From contig JADFLR010000004.1 of the NCBI GenBank assembly GCA_022564295.1, forward strand, positions 11,840 through 75,839: a stretch of 64,000 bases of DNA, in the 5' to 3' direction. Source of the DNA: Bacteroidota bacterium. Its GTDB lineage: Bacteria; Bacteroidota; Ignavibacteria; Ignavibacteriales; Ignavibacteriaceae. A program made the translations under genes and the position numbers. This document shows, piece after piece, positions 46,612-55,694 of this stretch (position 1 is its first letter; every line of letters starts with the position of its first letter). Under the pieces are notes generated by a model that did no database searches, was not told where the DNA came from, and worked only from the letters and a program-made list of their open reading frames with translations.

Positions 46612-49600
46612 ATGATCAAATTAAATAATCTCACACTCAAAAAATCCATAAACAAAGCTTACCTGAAAGTAAAACCTGTAAGGGAGGATTTTGAAAAGTT
46701 TAAAGAAGAACTCAAAAAGCTTCTTACTCTAATAAATGATAAAGAATCTGAAGAACACAATAAAAACTTTGTTCGCGATTTTCTCATTAATACTTTTTAT
46801 TCAGATAAATATGTAAACACCAGTGGAAGGACAGACCTTGCAATCCACTTGGATAGAACGAGCAAAAGTTTAATAGGAGTTATAATAGAAGCAAAAAGTC
46901 CTGCTAATAAATATGATATGATCTTTGAAGATAACCTCAACTGTAAAGCGATGCACGAGGTTATTCTTTACTACCTGAGAGAAAGAATAGACAAAAGAAA
47001 CGATGAAATAAAGAATATTATTATCACCAATTCGTATAAATGGATTATCTTCAATGCTGACCAGTTTGAAAAACAATTTTATAAAAGCAAACTAAAAAAT
47101 GAATATCTAAAGTGGCGGGATGATAAAAAAGTAAGTAAGCTTAATGAGCATTTTTATAATGAGATTGTTAAAAAATTTTTAGACGAAAGCAATGCTGATA
47201 TTGAAGCAATATCTTTTGATCTAAGGGATTTAGAAAAAAACCTTAATAAAAAAGATGAAAAGCATCTCATACCGCTTTTCAAAAAATTATCACCACCAGA
47301 GCTTCTTAAAGAACCATTTGCAAACGACAGCAACACATTAAATAAGCAATTCTATTCTGAACTTCTTCATATAATTGGACTTGAAGAGTATAAAGAGGGG
47401 AGTAAAAAGAAGATTGGAAGAAAAGATGAAAACAAGAGAAATAGTGGTTCTTTACTTGAAAACACAATTAGAATGCTCAATGCGAAAAATGTTATAAAAA
47501 ATTTTGATGATATATCCGTTTATGGCAGCACGGAGGAGGAACAACTTTATAACATCGCTCTTGAGTTGAATATAGTCTGGATAAACAGAATTATGTTTCT
47601 CAAGCTTCTTGAAGCTCAGCTTGTAAATTATCATAGCGGAGATAAGAATTACAAATTTTTAGAACCAAAAGTTATCAGCCAGTACGATGATCTTTTTGAG
47701 CTTTTTCACGAAGTACTTGCCGTAAAGACTGCAGATAGAAATCCGGATTTAATTGGCAAGTTCAATAAAATACCATATCTCAACAGTTCATTATTTGAAT
47801 TAAGCGAAATAGAAAAGAAAACAATTGATATATCCAGTCTTAAAGACAAATTTAATCTTCCCTTTTATAAAAGCACAGTTTTCAGTAAGGATATAAAATC
47901 TAAAAGTGAACTGCCCGCACTTGAATATCTTCTTCTGTTCCTCGATGCTTATGATTTTGCTTCCGAAGGTGGCGAAGAAATTCTTGAAGAACGGAAAACT
48001 ATAATGAATGCTTCAGTTCTCGGTCTTATCTTTGAAAAGATCAATGGTTATAAGGAAGGATCTTTCTACACTCCAGGTTTTATAACTATGTATATGGCAC
48101 GTGAGACTTTAAGGCGTGCAGTCGTTCAGAAATTTAATGAAACAAAAAGTACTACGCATAAAGATTATGAGGAACTGAAAAAGAACATAAATACTTCTTC
48201 TTCCGGAAGGGAAGAAGCAAACAAAATTATAAATGAACTTAAGATATGCGATCCCGCAGTTGGTTCCGGACATTTCCTTGTCTCCTGCCTGAATGAAATA
48301 ATTGCGATTAAAGCCGATCTTAAAGTTTTGAATTACAGGGACGGCAGACAGGTGCAGAATTTTAGTTTTGAAATTGAGAATGATGAATTAGTAATTAACA
48401 ATGAAGAAACTGATGAACTGTTTGGTTATCATTTAAATCCTTCCGACAAACCAATACCAACTTTACATGAATTGCAGGAAGCATTATTTCATGAGAAGGA
48501 AACAGTTATTGAAAACTGTCTCTTTGGTGTCGATATAAATCCAAACTCTGTAAATATCTGCCGTTTAAGACTGTGGATTGAGCTGTTGAAGAACTCCTAC
48601 TACACCAGTGAAAGTAATTATACTGAGCTGGAAACACTTCCTAATATTGACATAAACATTAAACAGGGAAATTCGCTTATAAGCAGGTTTGATGTAAGGC
48701 AGGATATTTTTACACACGCTGACAAACAGACACTCGATGTTTATAAGATGAATGTTACTCTTTACAAAAATGTACAGGATAGAGACAAAAGAAGAGAATT
48801 AAAAAACTCAATTGATAAAACGAAAGAAAGATTTAGAGGTATTGCTGTCGATCCATTATATAAAGTGAGAGAGCAGAGGGAAAAGCTAACAGAGCAGTTG
48901 CATAAGTTGAATGTTGATAATCCTCTTTTTAAGCACGAAGATTCTGCTAAGAAAGAAGCTGAGGTTGAAAAGAAGAGAAGTAACCTGTCAGCGAAAATAA
49001 GCAAGCTCTCTAAAGAAATAGAAGATAAAGCAGAAGAGTACAGGACAATATATTCAAACTCATTTGAATGGCGGTTTGAATTTCCCGAAGTGCTTGATGA
49101 CGATGGCAACTTTGCTGGATTTGATATAGTAATAGGGAATCCGCCGTATATTCCGTTAGAGGGTTTTAGTGAAGTTTACCGGGAATTTTTCAAGAAAAAA
49201 TATTCACAGTTTAAGAGAAAATTTGAAACTTCTGTTCTTTTCATAGTTGAAGGATTTGGAATATTAAAACCACAAGGAATATTAACATATATTGCACCCG
49301 TTACTTGGCAAACAGGTGAAAACTATCAAATTTTCAGGAAGTATTTGTTTGAACAAAAAGGAATAATAAAAATAATTAATCTTCCATTTAATATCTTTGC
49401 TGATGCCTATGTTGATACAGCCATTTATATATTTTCTAATGATTTAACTGATTCTTATAGCATATTTAGTTTTAACAAAAAAGCAAAGGTTGATACTTTG
49501 GAAGGAATAAATTTTATCGAAATAGAAAAAACATTACTTTCTCTACCCAAACACAAAATTATTTTAAATCCTTTTATCTATGAAATCCTTAATAGACTTG

Positions 49601-50232
49601 ACACTTCGAAAATTATAACTATAGGTGAAATTACAATATCAACACAAGGGTTAGCAGGTAGTAATTTCGAGTCTGAATCTAAAGTTAAAACTTGGCATTT
49701 CCCATTTTTAAGTAAAGGTAATGTCTATAATTATTCCTTTCAGGTTGAAGAAATTTTTTATACGAGCTTAGAAGATAAGCCTTCTTTAAAAGTATTTTAC
49801 GAATCTAAACCTAAGTTGTTAATCAGACGTATTGTAAATAGGCAAGACAGATTATCTGTTGGCTATACTGAAGCTAGAATGGTTTTCAAAAAAGATATTA
49901 ATCCATTTATTCCTGTGAATGATGATTTCCATCCGAAATATTTACTTGCTTTAATGGCAAGCAAATTTATTTCCTTTATATATCTGAATATATCATCAAT
50001 TGCGACAAAAGATGATTTTAGACAGACAACATTAGCTGAATTACGAGAGATACCTATCCCGATTATTCCACTTAAAGAGCAAAAGTCTTTTATTCAAAAA
50101 GCAGATAAAATACTAGAGATGAAGGTTAAGGACCTGGGTGTTAATACAAGTAAAATAGAAAAAGAAATCGATGAAATGGTTTATAAGCTTTATGGATTGA
50201 CGGAGGAGGAAATTAAAATTTTTGAGGATTAA
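46612..50232 (+). CDS. single-polypeptide type IIG restriction-modification enzyme (Eco57I-like: PD-ExK nuclease + N6-adenine methyltransferase + TaqI-like TRD)
   Basis: 1206 aa. The N-terminal TDLAIH...VIIEAKS is a PD-(D/E)XK motif. SAM motif I is ICDPAVGSGHFLV. FEWRFEFPEV is followed by motif IV, VIGNPPYIP. The C-terminal roughly 350 aa is specificity-domain-like. Confidence 0.8.
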   Translation: MIKLNNLTLKKSINKAYLKVKPVREDFEKFKEELKKLLTLINDKESEEHNKNFVRDFLINTFYSDKYVNTSGRTDLAIHLDRTSKSLIGVIIEAKSPANKYDMIFEDNLNCKAMHEVILYYLRERIDKRNDEIKNIIITNSYKWIIFNADQFEKQFYKSKLKNEYLKWRDDKKVSKLNEHFYNEIVKKFLDESNADIEAISFDLRDLEKNLNKKDEKHLIPLFKKLSPPELLKEPFANDSNTLNKQFYSELLHIIGLEEYKEGSKKKIGRKDENKRNSGSLLENTIRMLNAKNVIKNFDDISVYGSTEEEQLYNIALELNIVWINRIMFLKLLEAQLVNYHSGDKNYKFLEPKVISQYDDLFELFHEVLAVKTADRNPDLIGKFNKIPYLNSSLFELSEIEKKTIDISSLKDKFNLPFYKSTVFSKDIKSKSELPALEYLLLFLDAYDFASEGGEEILEERKTIMNASVLGLIFEKINGYKEGSFYTPGFITMYMARETLRRAVVQKFNETKSTTHKDYEELKKNINTSSSGREEANKIINELKICDPAVGSGHFLVSCLNEIIAIKADLKVLNYRDGRQVQNFSFEIENDELVINNEETDELFGYHLNPSDKPIPTLHELQEALFHEKETVIENCLFGVDINPNSVNICRLRLWIELLKNSYYTSESNYTELETLPNIDINIKQGNSLISRFDVRQDIFTHADKQTLDVYKMNVTLYKNVQDRDKRRELKNSIDKTKERFRGIAVDPLYKVREQREKLTEQLHKLNVDNPLFKHEDSAKKEAEVEKKRSNLSAKISKLSKEIEDKAEEYRTIYSNSFEWRFEFPEVLDDDGNFAGFDIVIGNPPYIPLEGFSEVYREFFKKKYSQFKRKFETSVLFIVEGFGILKPQGILTYIAPVTWQTGENYQIFRKYLFEQKGIIKIINLPFNIFADAYVDTAIYIFSNDLTDSYSIFSFNKKAKVDTLEGINFIEIEKTLLSLPKHKIILNPFIYEILNRLDTSKIITIGEITISTQGLAGSNFESESKVKTWHFPFLSKGNVYNYSFQVEEIFYTSLEDKPSLKVFYESKPKLLIRRIVNRQDRLSVGYTEARMVFKKDINPFIPVNDDFHPKYLLALMASKFISFIYLNISSIATKDDFRQTTLAELREIPIPIIPLKEQKSFIQKADKILEMKVKDLGVNTSKIEKEIDEMVYKLYGLTEEEIKIFED

Positions 50233-50322
50233 ATAAATTGATTAATGAAAAAGAAATGACAGGAAATGTTACTATTGTTTATAATTTATCGCCTGAACTT
50301 AAAAGAAGGCTAATGTAGAAAA

Positions 50323-52590
50323 TTGAAAAGCTTAAACCTTAATAAAATATTAAATCCAATTCTGAATTTTTTGCTGACCTTACTGAGATTGATACTGTTA
50401 TTTTTGAAAAAACTTTTCAATGTCCTTAATATTATAATTTCGACTCTTTTTAATGTATTAATTTCATTAGTAATTATTTCTTTCTCTTTATATCTTTATT
50501 CTAATGATTTACAAGATATACTAGCAAGTTCTTCACTTTTACCAACAATCCTGATTGCTATTGGTAGCACTTTGATTACCATATTAATTCTAGCGATATC
50601 AATTACAATTATCCCTATTCAACGCGCTATTGAATCTTTTTCAAAAAGCATTTCTTACTTATACAGAAATGATAAACTCAATATTTTAATTTTCATACTA
50701 ATTTCACTTTTCGCTTTGTTTGCTTTTATTTCATCAATTGATGGAATTTTCTTTTCCATTAAAGCGTCAATTTTATTTCCAATTAATTTAGCTACGGTAG
50801 GAATTACTTTAGACCTTTTACGTTGGCATCAAAGAAGAGTCAGTAAACTTTTAGAACCAGACGAAGCTATTAAGAAACTCAAAATAAAAGTAATTAATTT
50901 TATAAAAAGGAATCAATTCATAATATCACTTTTGGCAAGGCTAAGTGTATTGATTTCTTTTAAGAAAAGAGATAAAGAAAATTATTTGTATGATGAAGAA
51001 AGAAAATTATATCTAACAAGTTCTAGTCATTATAACCATATTAATAAAAAATTAGGTGAGCTGACAGAAATCTCAACCAAAGCACTAGCCAAAAATGAAA
51101 TTGAAACTGTTGAGATTGTAGTGAATGCTGTATCATCTATTATAATCACATATATAAACTGTCGTAAAAATAATTTAATTTTTTACACATCTAAAGATGC
51201 TTTTTTGGTTACTCAAAGCGATGCAGATGAGGTTTTTAATAAGGCTTATGAGGGTCTATTCAATATTGCATTAAGGTCTCACAAAGAATCGCACGAATAT
51301 CCGAGTATTTATTGTCTCAAGGCATTAGCCAAGATAGTAGAAAATATTTGTATTCTTCCTCGTTCTTCAAAAATAAATTTGCTGTTTTCTCCCATTTACT
51401 ATTTTAACAAAATATTGAATGATGCGCAGGAAAAAAATCTTGATGAAGTTGTATTTCAGGGATGTAATGTGATTGAGGAAATATCAAAAAACATATATTC
51501 TCAAAAACATATTATTGAAGGAGAGTATACATTTAATGAATTGTTTCAAAAACTGATAACGAATTATATTATTACTAACAAACTGGAACTTGGTAATAAA
51601 GTATTGGAGCAAATGATAAATCAAATTTTTCTATTGATTCCCAATTATCCATATTCAATAACCCACTCTCTAAAAAATGTTATAAAAACAATTGAAGAAA
51701 TATTCCCCGTAGCTTTGGCAACTAATAATATTTCAAAACATAATTTAATGTATTTGCACTTCTCAATTCCCTATGATATAACAAAAGAAAAATCATTCTT
51801 CCATTTGGTACAAAAGGCAACAATATTTAATAGAGTAGAAAAAGAATTGATAAATCCATATCAGACTTTTTTAGGTATAAATCATGAAATTTGTATGCAT
51901 TACCGAAAGTTGGCTGATAACAATGATTTAGGGGAAAGCGTATTTATGTGGCATATCAGTACTTCTATTAGTTATATAGTTAAAATCCATTTCCATTTAT
52001 TATCAAAACCAATTACAGAAATAAATAGTTATACTGATAAACTTATAAATCAAATATCTTGGTATTTGTCTTTTTTTTGGTGTTCCTTTTCTCATTCATC
52101 AAAAATAAAAATGTCTTATGCCGAAAAAGCTTTTGAAGTTGTAACTCAAATTGGTTTGACTTGCTATAACACAGAATTTGTAGACAAATATCCTATTTCA
52201 AGGAATGAAATAATAGAGTCTTGTATTAGTGATTTAATTTCAATGATAAATTCATTTACAAAAGTTGGAGAAGATAATAATCAATATAACCTTTCAGACC
52301 TAATATTGTATTTGTGGTATATTCGATTAGCAGCAAAAAATAACGTGGAAGATTTTAGAATTAAGAAGATTGATAAAAAAATCAAAGAATTAGATATACT
52401 CAAAACAGAAGCTATAGAAGATATTAAGGAAGCATTAGAATTACGTTATGAACAGATGATGGAAATGCTACTAGAAGAAGATTCAAGATTTTCTTTAGAT
52501 GATGAGAAAGCTATAGGTCTATTAAGAAAATTAAATAAGGATAAAAAGTTTTATGAAGAAAATTCAATTTTAAATATATTTATAGGGTGA
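50323..52590 (+). CDS. large hypothetical protein: N-terminal polytopic membrane region (about 5 TM) + roughly 570-aa helical cytoplasmic region
   Basis: 755-aa uninterrupted ORF. The only start-like codon after the upstream stop (50311-13) is TTG at 50323. TM stretches include VLISLVIISFSLYLY, LPTILIAIGSTLITILILAISITIIP, ILIFILISLFALFAFI and ILFPINLATVGITL. I recognise no motif. Confidence 0.6.
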   Translation: MKSLNLNKILNPILNFLLTLLRLILLFLKKLFNVLNIIISTLFNVLISLVIISFSLYLYSNDLQDILASSSLLPTILIAIGSTLITILILAISITIIPIQRAIESFSKSISYLYRNDKLNILIFILISLFALFAFISSIDGIFFSIKASILFPINLATVGITLDLLRWHQRRVSKLLEPDEAIKKLKIKVINFIKRNQFIISLLARLSVLISFKKRDKENYLYDEERKLYLTSSSHYNHINKKLGELTEISTKALAKNEIETVEIVVNAVSSIIITYINCRKNNLIFYTSKDAFLVTQSDADEVFNKAYEGLFNIALRSHKESHEYPSIYCLKALAKIVENICILPRSSKINLLFSPIYYFNKILNDAQEKNLDEVVFQGCNVIEEISKNIYSQKHIIEGEYTFNELFQKLITNYIITNKLELGNKVLEQMINQIFLLIPNYPYSITHSLKNVIKTIEEIFPVALATNNISKHNLMYLHFSIPYDITKEKSFFHLVQKATIFNRVEKELINPYQTFLGINHEICMHYRKLADNNDLGESVFMWHISTSISYIVKIHFHLLSKPITEINSYTDKLINQISWYLSFFWCSFSHSSKIKMSYAEKAFEVVTQIGLTCYNTEFVDKYPISRNEIIESCISDLISMINSFTKVGEDNNQYNLSDLILYLWYIRLAAKNNVEDFRIKKIDKKIKELDILKTEAIEDIKEALELRYEQMMEMLLEEDSRFSLDDEKAIGLLRKLNKDKKFYEENSILNIFIG

Positions 52591-52697
52591 AAGTAAAAGA
52601 GAATTAATTGAAGTAGCGAAAGTTGTCTGAAGAGATTTACAAAAGAATTTTTCAAAAGCCGAAAAGAATTTCTATTACAATAAGCAAAGAAGTAAAT

Positions 52698-52806
52698 TAG
52701 TTTGTAAGTTTGCTTGGGGAACTCATCCCCCGGCCCCTTCTCCCCGCAAGCGGGATCCTCGATTTATAAAGAGAAGGGGAGTTTAGGAGTCCCTCTCTTT
52801 TTAAGA
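52698..52806. repeat. direct-repeat copy 1 (GTTTGTAAGTTTGC...GGGAACTCATCCCCCGGCCCCTTCTC...AGAGAAGGGGAG...TCCCTCTCTT)
   Basis: Collinear with 54150..54258. This copy carries an extra CCCGCAAGCGGGATCCTCGATTTA insertion. Confidence 0.75.
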
Positions 52807-53050
52807 CCTGCCTGCCATTAAGCAGGGTTAGCATTAGTGAATGGCTTTATGAATTATCCCGCGTTTTATTGTGTTATTTGAGGCAATTATTTAAGTTTGG
52901 GAAAAATGAAAGTGAGGTATTTATAAAACTACTTGCTATACGATTAGATGCCAGCCGGATTGATGGTAATTAATTACACTTTTACAATAAAAAAATAGAA
53001 AAAATGGTTATTAAGCTATTTAGATTGATGGAAGAGAAAATAAATATTTG

Positions 53051-53965
53051 ATGGATTCCTCATATATAAAAAGACTAGTTTTTATTAAGTATCTCCATAA
53101 AATTGGAGAAGAGCAAAGTAAATTGCCTGAACCCCTTTCAAGCATATCTATTTTAACCTTTCATAATGCAATTGAATTATTTCTACAATTAACTGTTGAG
53201 TATTTGAATTGTGGACAGTATTATATAGAGTTTATGGAATATTGGGATATTATTAGTAAAAAGCTTGGAAAAGAACTTGCATATAAAGATTCAATGAGAA
53301 GATTAAATAAAGCAAGGGTTGCATTTAAGCATCATGGGAATTTGCCATCAAATTTCAACATTGAAGAATTTCGAATAGCAACACAAAATTTTTTTATAGA
53401 GAGTTGTCAATTAATATTTACAATTGATTTTGAAGATGTTACTTTAATAGATCTCGTACCCTCGGAAGAAATTCAAGAATTGTTAAAAACAGCTAATAAT
53501 AAAATACATACTGATAAATATGAAGCATTGAAGAATATTTCCATTTCTTTTGCTAAAGTATTGACAGAGTATGAAGCTAAATTATATCCTAAATATGGAA
53601 ATATTAATAATGAATTTTCTAAGGATTATCATTCTTATCATTACTATTATAGTAGTATCGACGCAACACCTTTTCAGAAAATTGAAAATAAGTTAGATGC
53701 AATCACGGATTCAATTCTCATACTTAGTTTGGGTCTTAATTATAATAAATATCTTAAATTCAAAACTATTAGCTTTTATGTATTTAGAACCACTGGAGGT
53801 GGGTATCATGTAACCCCACAAAAAGAAATGGAAGATTCTATAGATGGTAGCATAAATGACAAATATTCAATTGATGATATAAAATTTTGCTTAGATTTTG
53901 TAATTGAAACAAGTATTGTCATTTATTCAATAGATTTTAATTTTTCTTCTACACATTTAGCATAA
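53051..53965 (+). CDS. hypothetical helical protein with HEPN-like Rx4H motif
   Basis: About 304 aa from the ATG at 53051. RRLNKARVAFKHHGNLPS contains R-x4-H (RVAFKH), preceded by helices such as TFHNAIELFLQLTVEYL. The HEPN assignment is pattern-level only. Confidence 0.55.
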   Translation: MDSSYIKRLVFIKYLHKIGEEQSKLPEPLSSISILTFHNAIELFLQLTVEYLNCGQYYIEFMEYWDIISKKLGKELAYKDSMRRLNKARVAFKHHGNLPSNFNIEEFRIATQNFFIESCQLIFTIDFEDVTLIDLVPSEEIQELLKTANNKIHTDKYEALKNISISFAKVLTEYEAKLYPKYGNINNEFSKDYHSYHYYYSSIDATPFQKIENKLDAITDSILILSLGLNYNKYLKFKTISFYVFRTTGGGYHVTPQKEMEDSIDGSINDKYSIDDIKFCLDFVIETSIVIYSIDFNFSSTHLA

Positions 53966-54149
53966 ATAGAAGTAGAGTAGAAATAAAATGTTTTGGAAAC
54001 AATAAAAAATAGAATCTATCCTTTTAATCAGAATCCCTTCAAAAACTGATTCATCGACTTAACAAACCTCCCCGTTTCTTCAAGGTGCGTATTGTGCCCC
54101 GTATATGGAATTATTTAATAAATTGCATAACAGCGTTATAATAAAGAAA

Positions 54150-54258
54150 TAGGTTTGTAAGTTTGCATAGGGAACTCATCCTCCGGCCCCTTCTCTTACA
54201 AAGAGAAGGGGAGTTTTAAAGTCCCTCTCTTCTTAAGAGAGGGACTCAGGGTGAGTTA
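54150..54258. repeat. direct-repeat copy 2 with two strong hairpins
   Basis: CCCCTTCTCT (54187-96) pairs with AGAGAAGGGG (54202-11). AGTCCCTCTCT (54220-30) pairs with AGAGAGGGACT (54236-46). The element is followed by CAGGGTGAGTT. Confidence 0.8.
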
Positions 54259-54292
54259 ATTTAACATTGCAACAATCAATAAATAAATACTA

Positions 54293-54679
54293 ATGAGTTT
54301 AAACCGTAAAAGAGAATTAGTTGCAGTAGCAAAAGTTGTTTGCAGGGATTTAAGAAAGAACGCCACAGAGACTGAAAAGATTTTCTGGGAGACAATTCGG
54401 AATAAGAAGCTTCTTGACAAAAAATTCTACCGGCAATATCCTTTATTTTATGATATCACGGGAAAGGAATCATTTTTTGTTGCTGATTTTTATTGTCACC
54501 AGGAAAAGTTGGTTGTTGAATTAGATGGTGTTATACATAAATATAGATTAAAAGAGGACAAAGAAAGAGAAAAAATTCTTAATTATATGGGATTGAATAT
54601 TATCCGCTTTCGGAATGATGAAGTATTGAACGATTTAGACGATGTACTATCAAAATTAAAAGAAATACTTAAACATTAA
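54293..54679 (+). CDS. DUF559 endonuclease-domain protein (Vsr/PD-ExK-like)
   Basis: 128 aa. It contains LRKNATETEKIFWETIRNKKL...FYRQYPL...VADFYCHQEKLVVELDG..H......D..R...L...G..IIRFRNDEV, the canonical DUF559 layout. Confidence 0.85.
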   Translation: MSLNRKRELVAVAKVVCRDLRKNATETEKIFWETIRNKKLLDKKFYRQYPLFYDITGKESFFVADFYCHQEKLVVELDGVIHKYRLKEDKEREKILNYMGLNIIRFRNDEVLNDLDDVLSKLKEILKH

Positions 54680-54741
54680 TCAGTTTATTAAAACGAAACA
54701 CAACTGTTCAAATTAAATTGATAATATTTTAACTTCTCATT

Positions 54742-54785
54742 CCCACTTCTCTTTGTAAGAGAAGGGGGTTAGGGGGTTGAGTTCA
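54742..54785. repeat. third hairpin copy downstream of DUF559
   Basis: CCCACTTCTCTTTGTAAGAGAAGGGGG is followed by TTAGGGGGTTGAGTT. This parallels the hairpin plus GGGTGAGTT arrangement upstream of the gene. Confidence 0.7.
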
Positions 54786-54872
54786 ATGTTTTAGTATTAA
54801 ATAATAAAGTAGTCTGGACATAAGTGAATTGAATAGAAATAGTTTTGATAATAAATCAAAAAATTAAAATTG

Positions 54873-55694
54873 TCAGTAATTCTTTAGAAATTCATTAACA
54901 ACTTTCACAAATTTCATCGGTTCTTCGATATGAGTATTGTGTCCTGCATTTTTAATTATTTTATGCTTAGCATTTGGAAATTTTTTCTTTAACATAGAGT
55001 TTATTTTTGTAAACTTTGTATCAAGCTCACCTGTTATCAGTAGTACAGGGCAATTGATTTGATTAAGTTTGTTGCCAAAATAACCCATTCTCCCTGTTCC
55101 AAATTCTCGCAATGAATTTGCCAATCCGATTTTTGAATTAAGTGCTTTCTTTTTCCGTATTTTCTTCAACTTCTCGTTCGAAAATCTTCTTTGAGTATTA
55201 AAAATTTCTTTATTCATCCATAACTCAACGAATTCTTCAATATTGTGTGATTCGATGTAATCAGCTAATTCTTCATCAATTTTAATTCTTTCACTTCGGA
55301 TTTTTTCACTTTCAATTCCTGCAGTTGTGCCTTCTAATATTAATCCTCTAATTTTATTTGGATGATTGATAGCAAAACTCAACGCTGCTCTCCCACCCAT
55401 TGAATAACCGAAAATTATTGCTTGTTTGATGGAGAGATTGTTTAAAATATCATTAATCTGTTTTGAAAGTGCTTGCGGACTGTATTTATCAATATTAACC
55501 GGAGAATCACTTTTACCGTGTCCAACCAAATCAATTCCAATATAGTTAAAATTGGGATTAAGTAAACGGTGAATTTCCCGCCAATCATCCAACGAACCTG
55601 TAAATCCGTGGAGCATTAAAATTGTGTCTCTTTTTTGCTCGAAAGAATTGAAACACTCAAAATTAATATTCACTGAATCAGAGATGATCCTCAT
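54873..55694 (-). CDS. menH: 2-succinyl-6-hydroxy-2,4-cyclohexadiene-1-carboxylate synthase (alpha/beta hydrolase)
   Basis: 273 aa with HGFTGS, the nucleophile elbow GYSMGG and a C-terminal GHNTHIEEP. It overlaps the menD stop by 4 nt. Confidence 0.8.
   Translation of the reverse strand: MRIISDSVNINFECFNSFEQKRDTILMLHGFTGSLDDWREIHRLLNPNFNYIGIDLVGHGKSDSPVNIDKYSPQALSKQINDILNNLSIKQAIIFGYSMGGRAALSFAINHPNKIRGLILEGTTAGIESEKIRSERIKIDEELADYIESHNIEEFVELWMNKEIFNTQRRFSNEKLKKIRKKKALNSKIGLANSLREFGTGRMGYFGNKLNQINCPVLLITGELDTKFTKINSMLKKKFPNAKHKIIKNAGHNTHIEEPMKFVKVVNEFLKNY

Noticed and set aside
46612-50232. Possibility that the large methyltransferase is BREX PglX.
   Set aside because: The window has no brxA/B/C, pglZ or brxL-like genes, and the protein has its own N-terminal PD-ExK nuclease motif. 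A stand-alone type IIG enzyme is the simpler reading.
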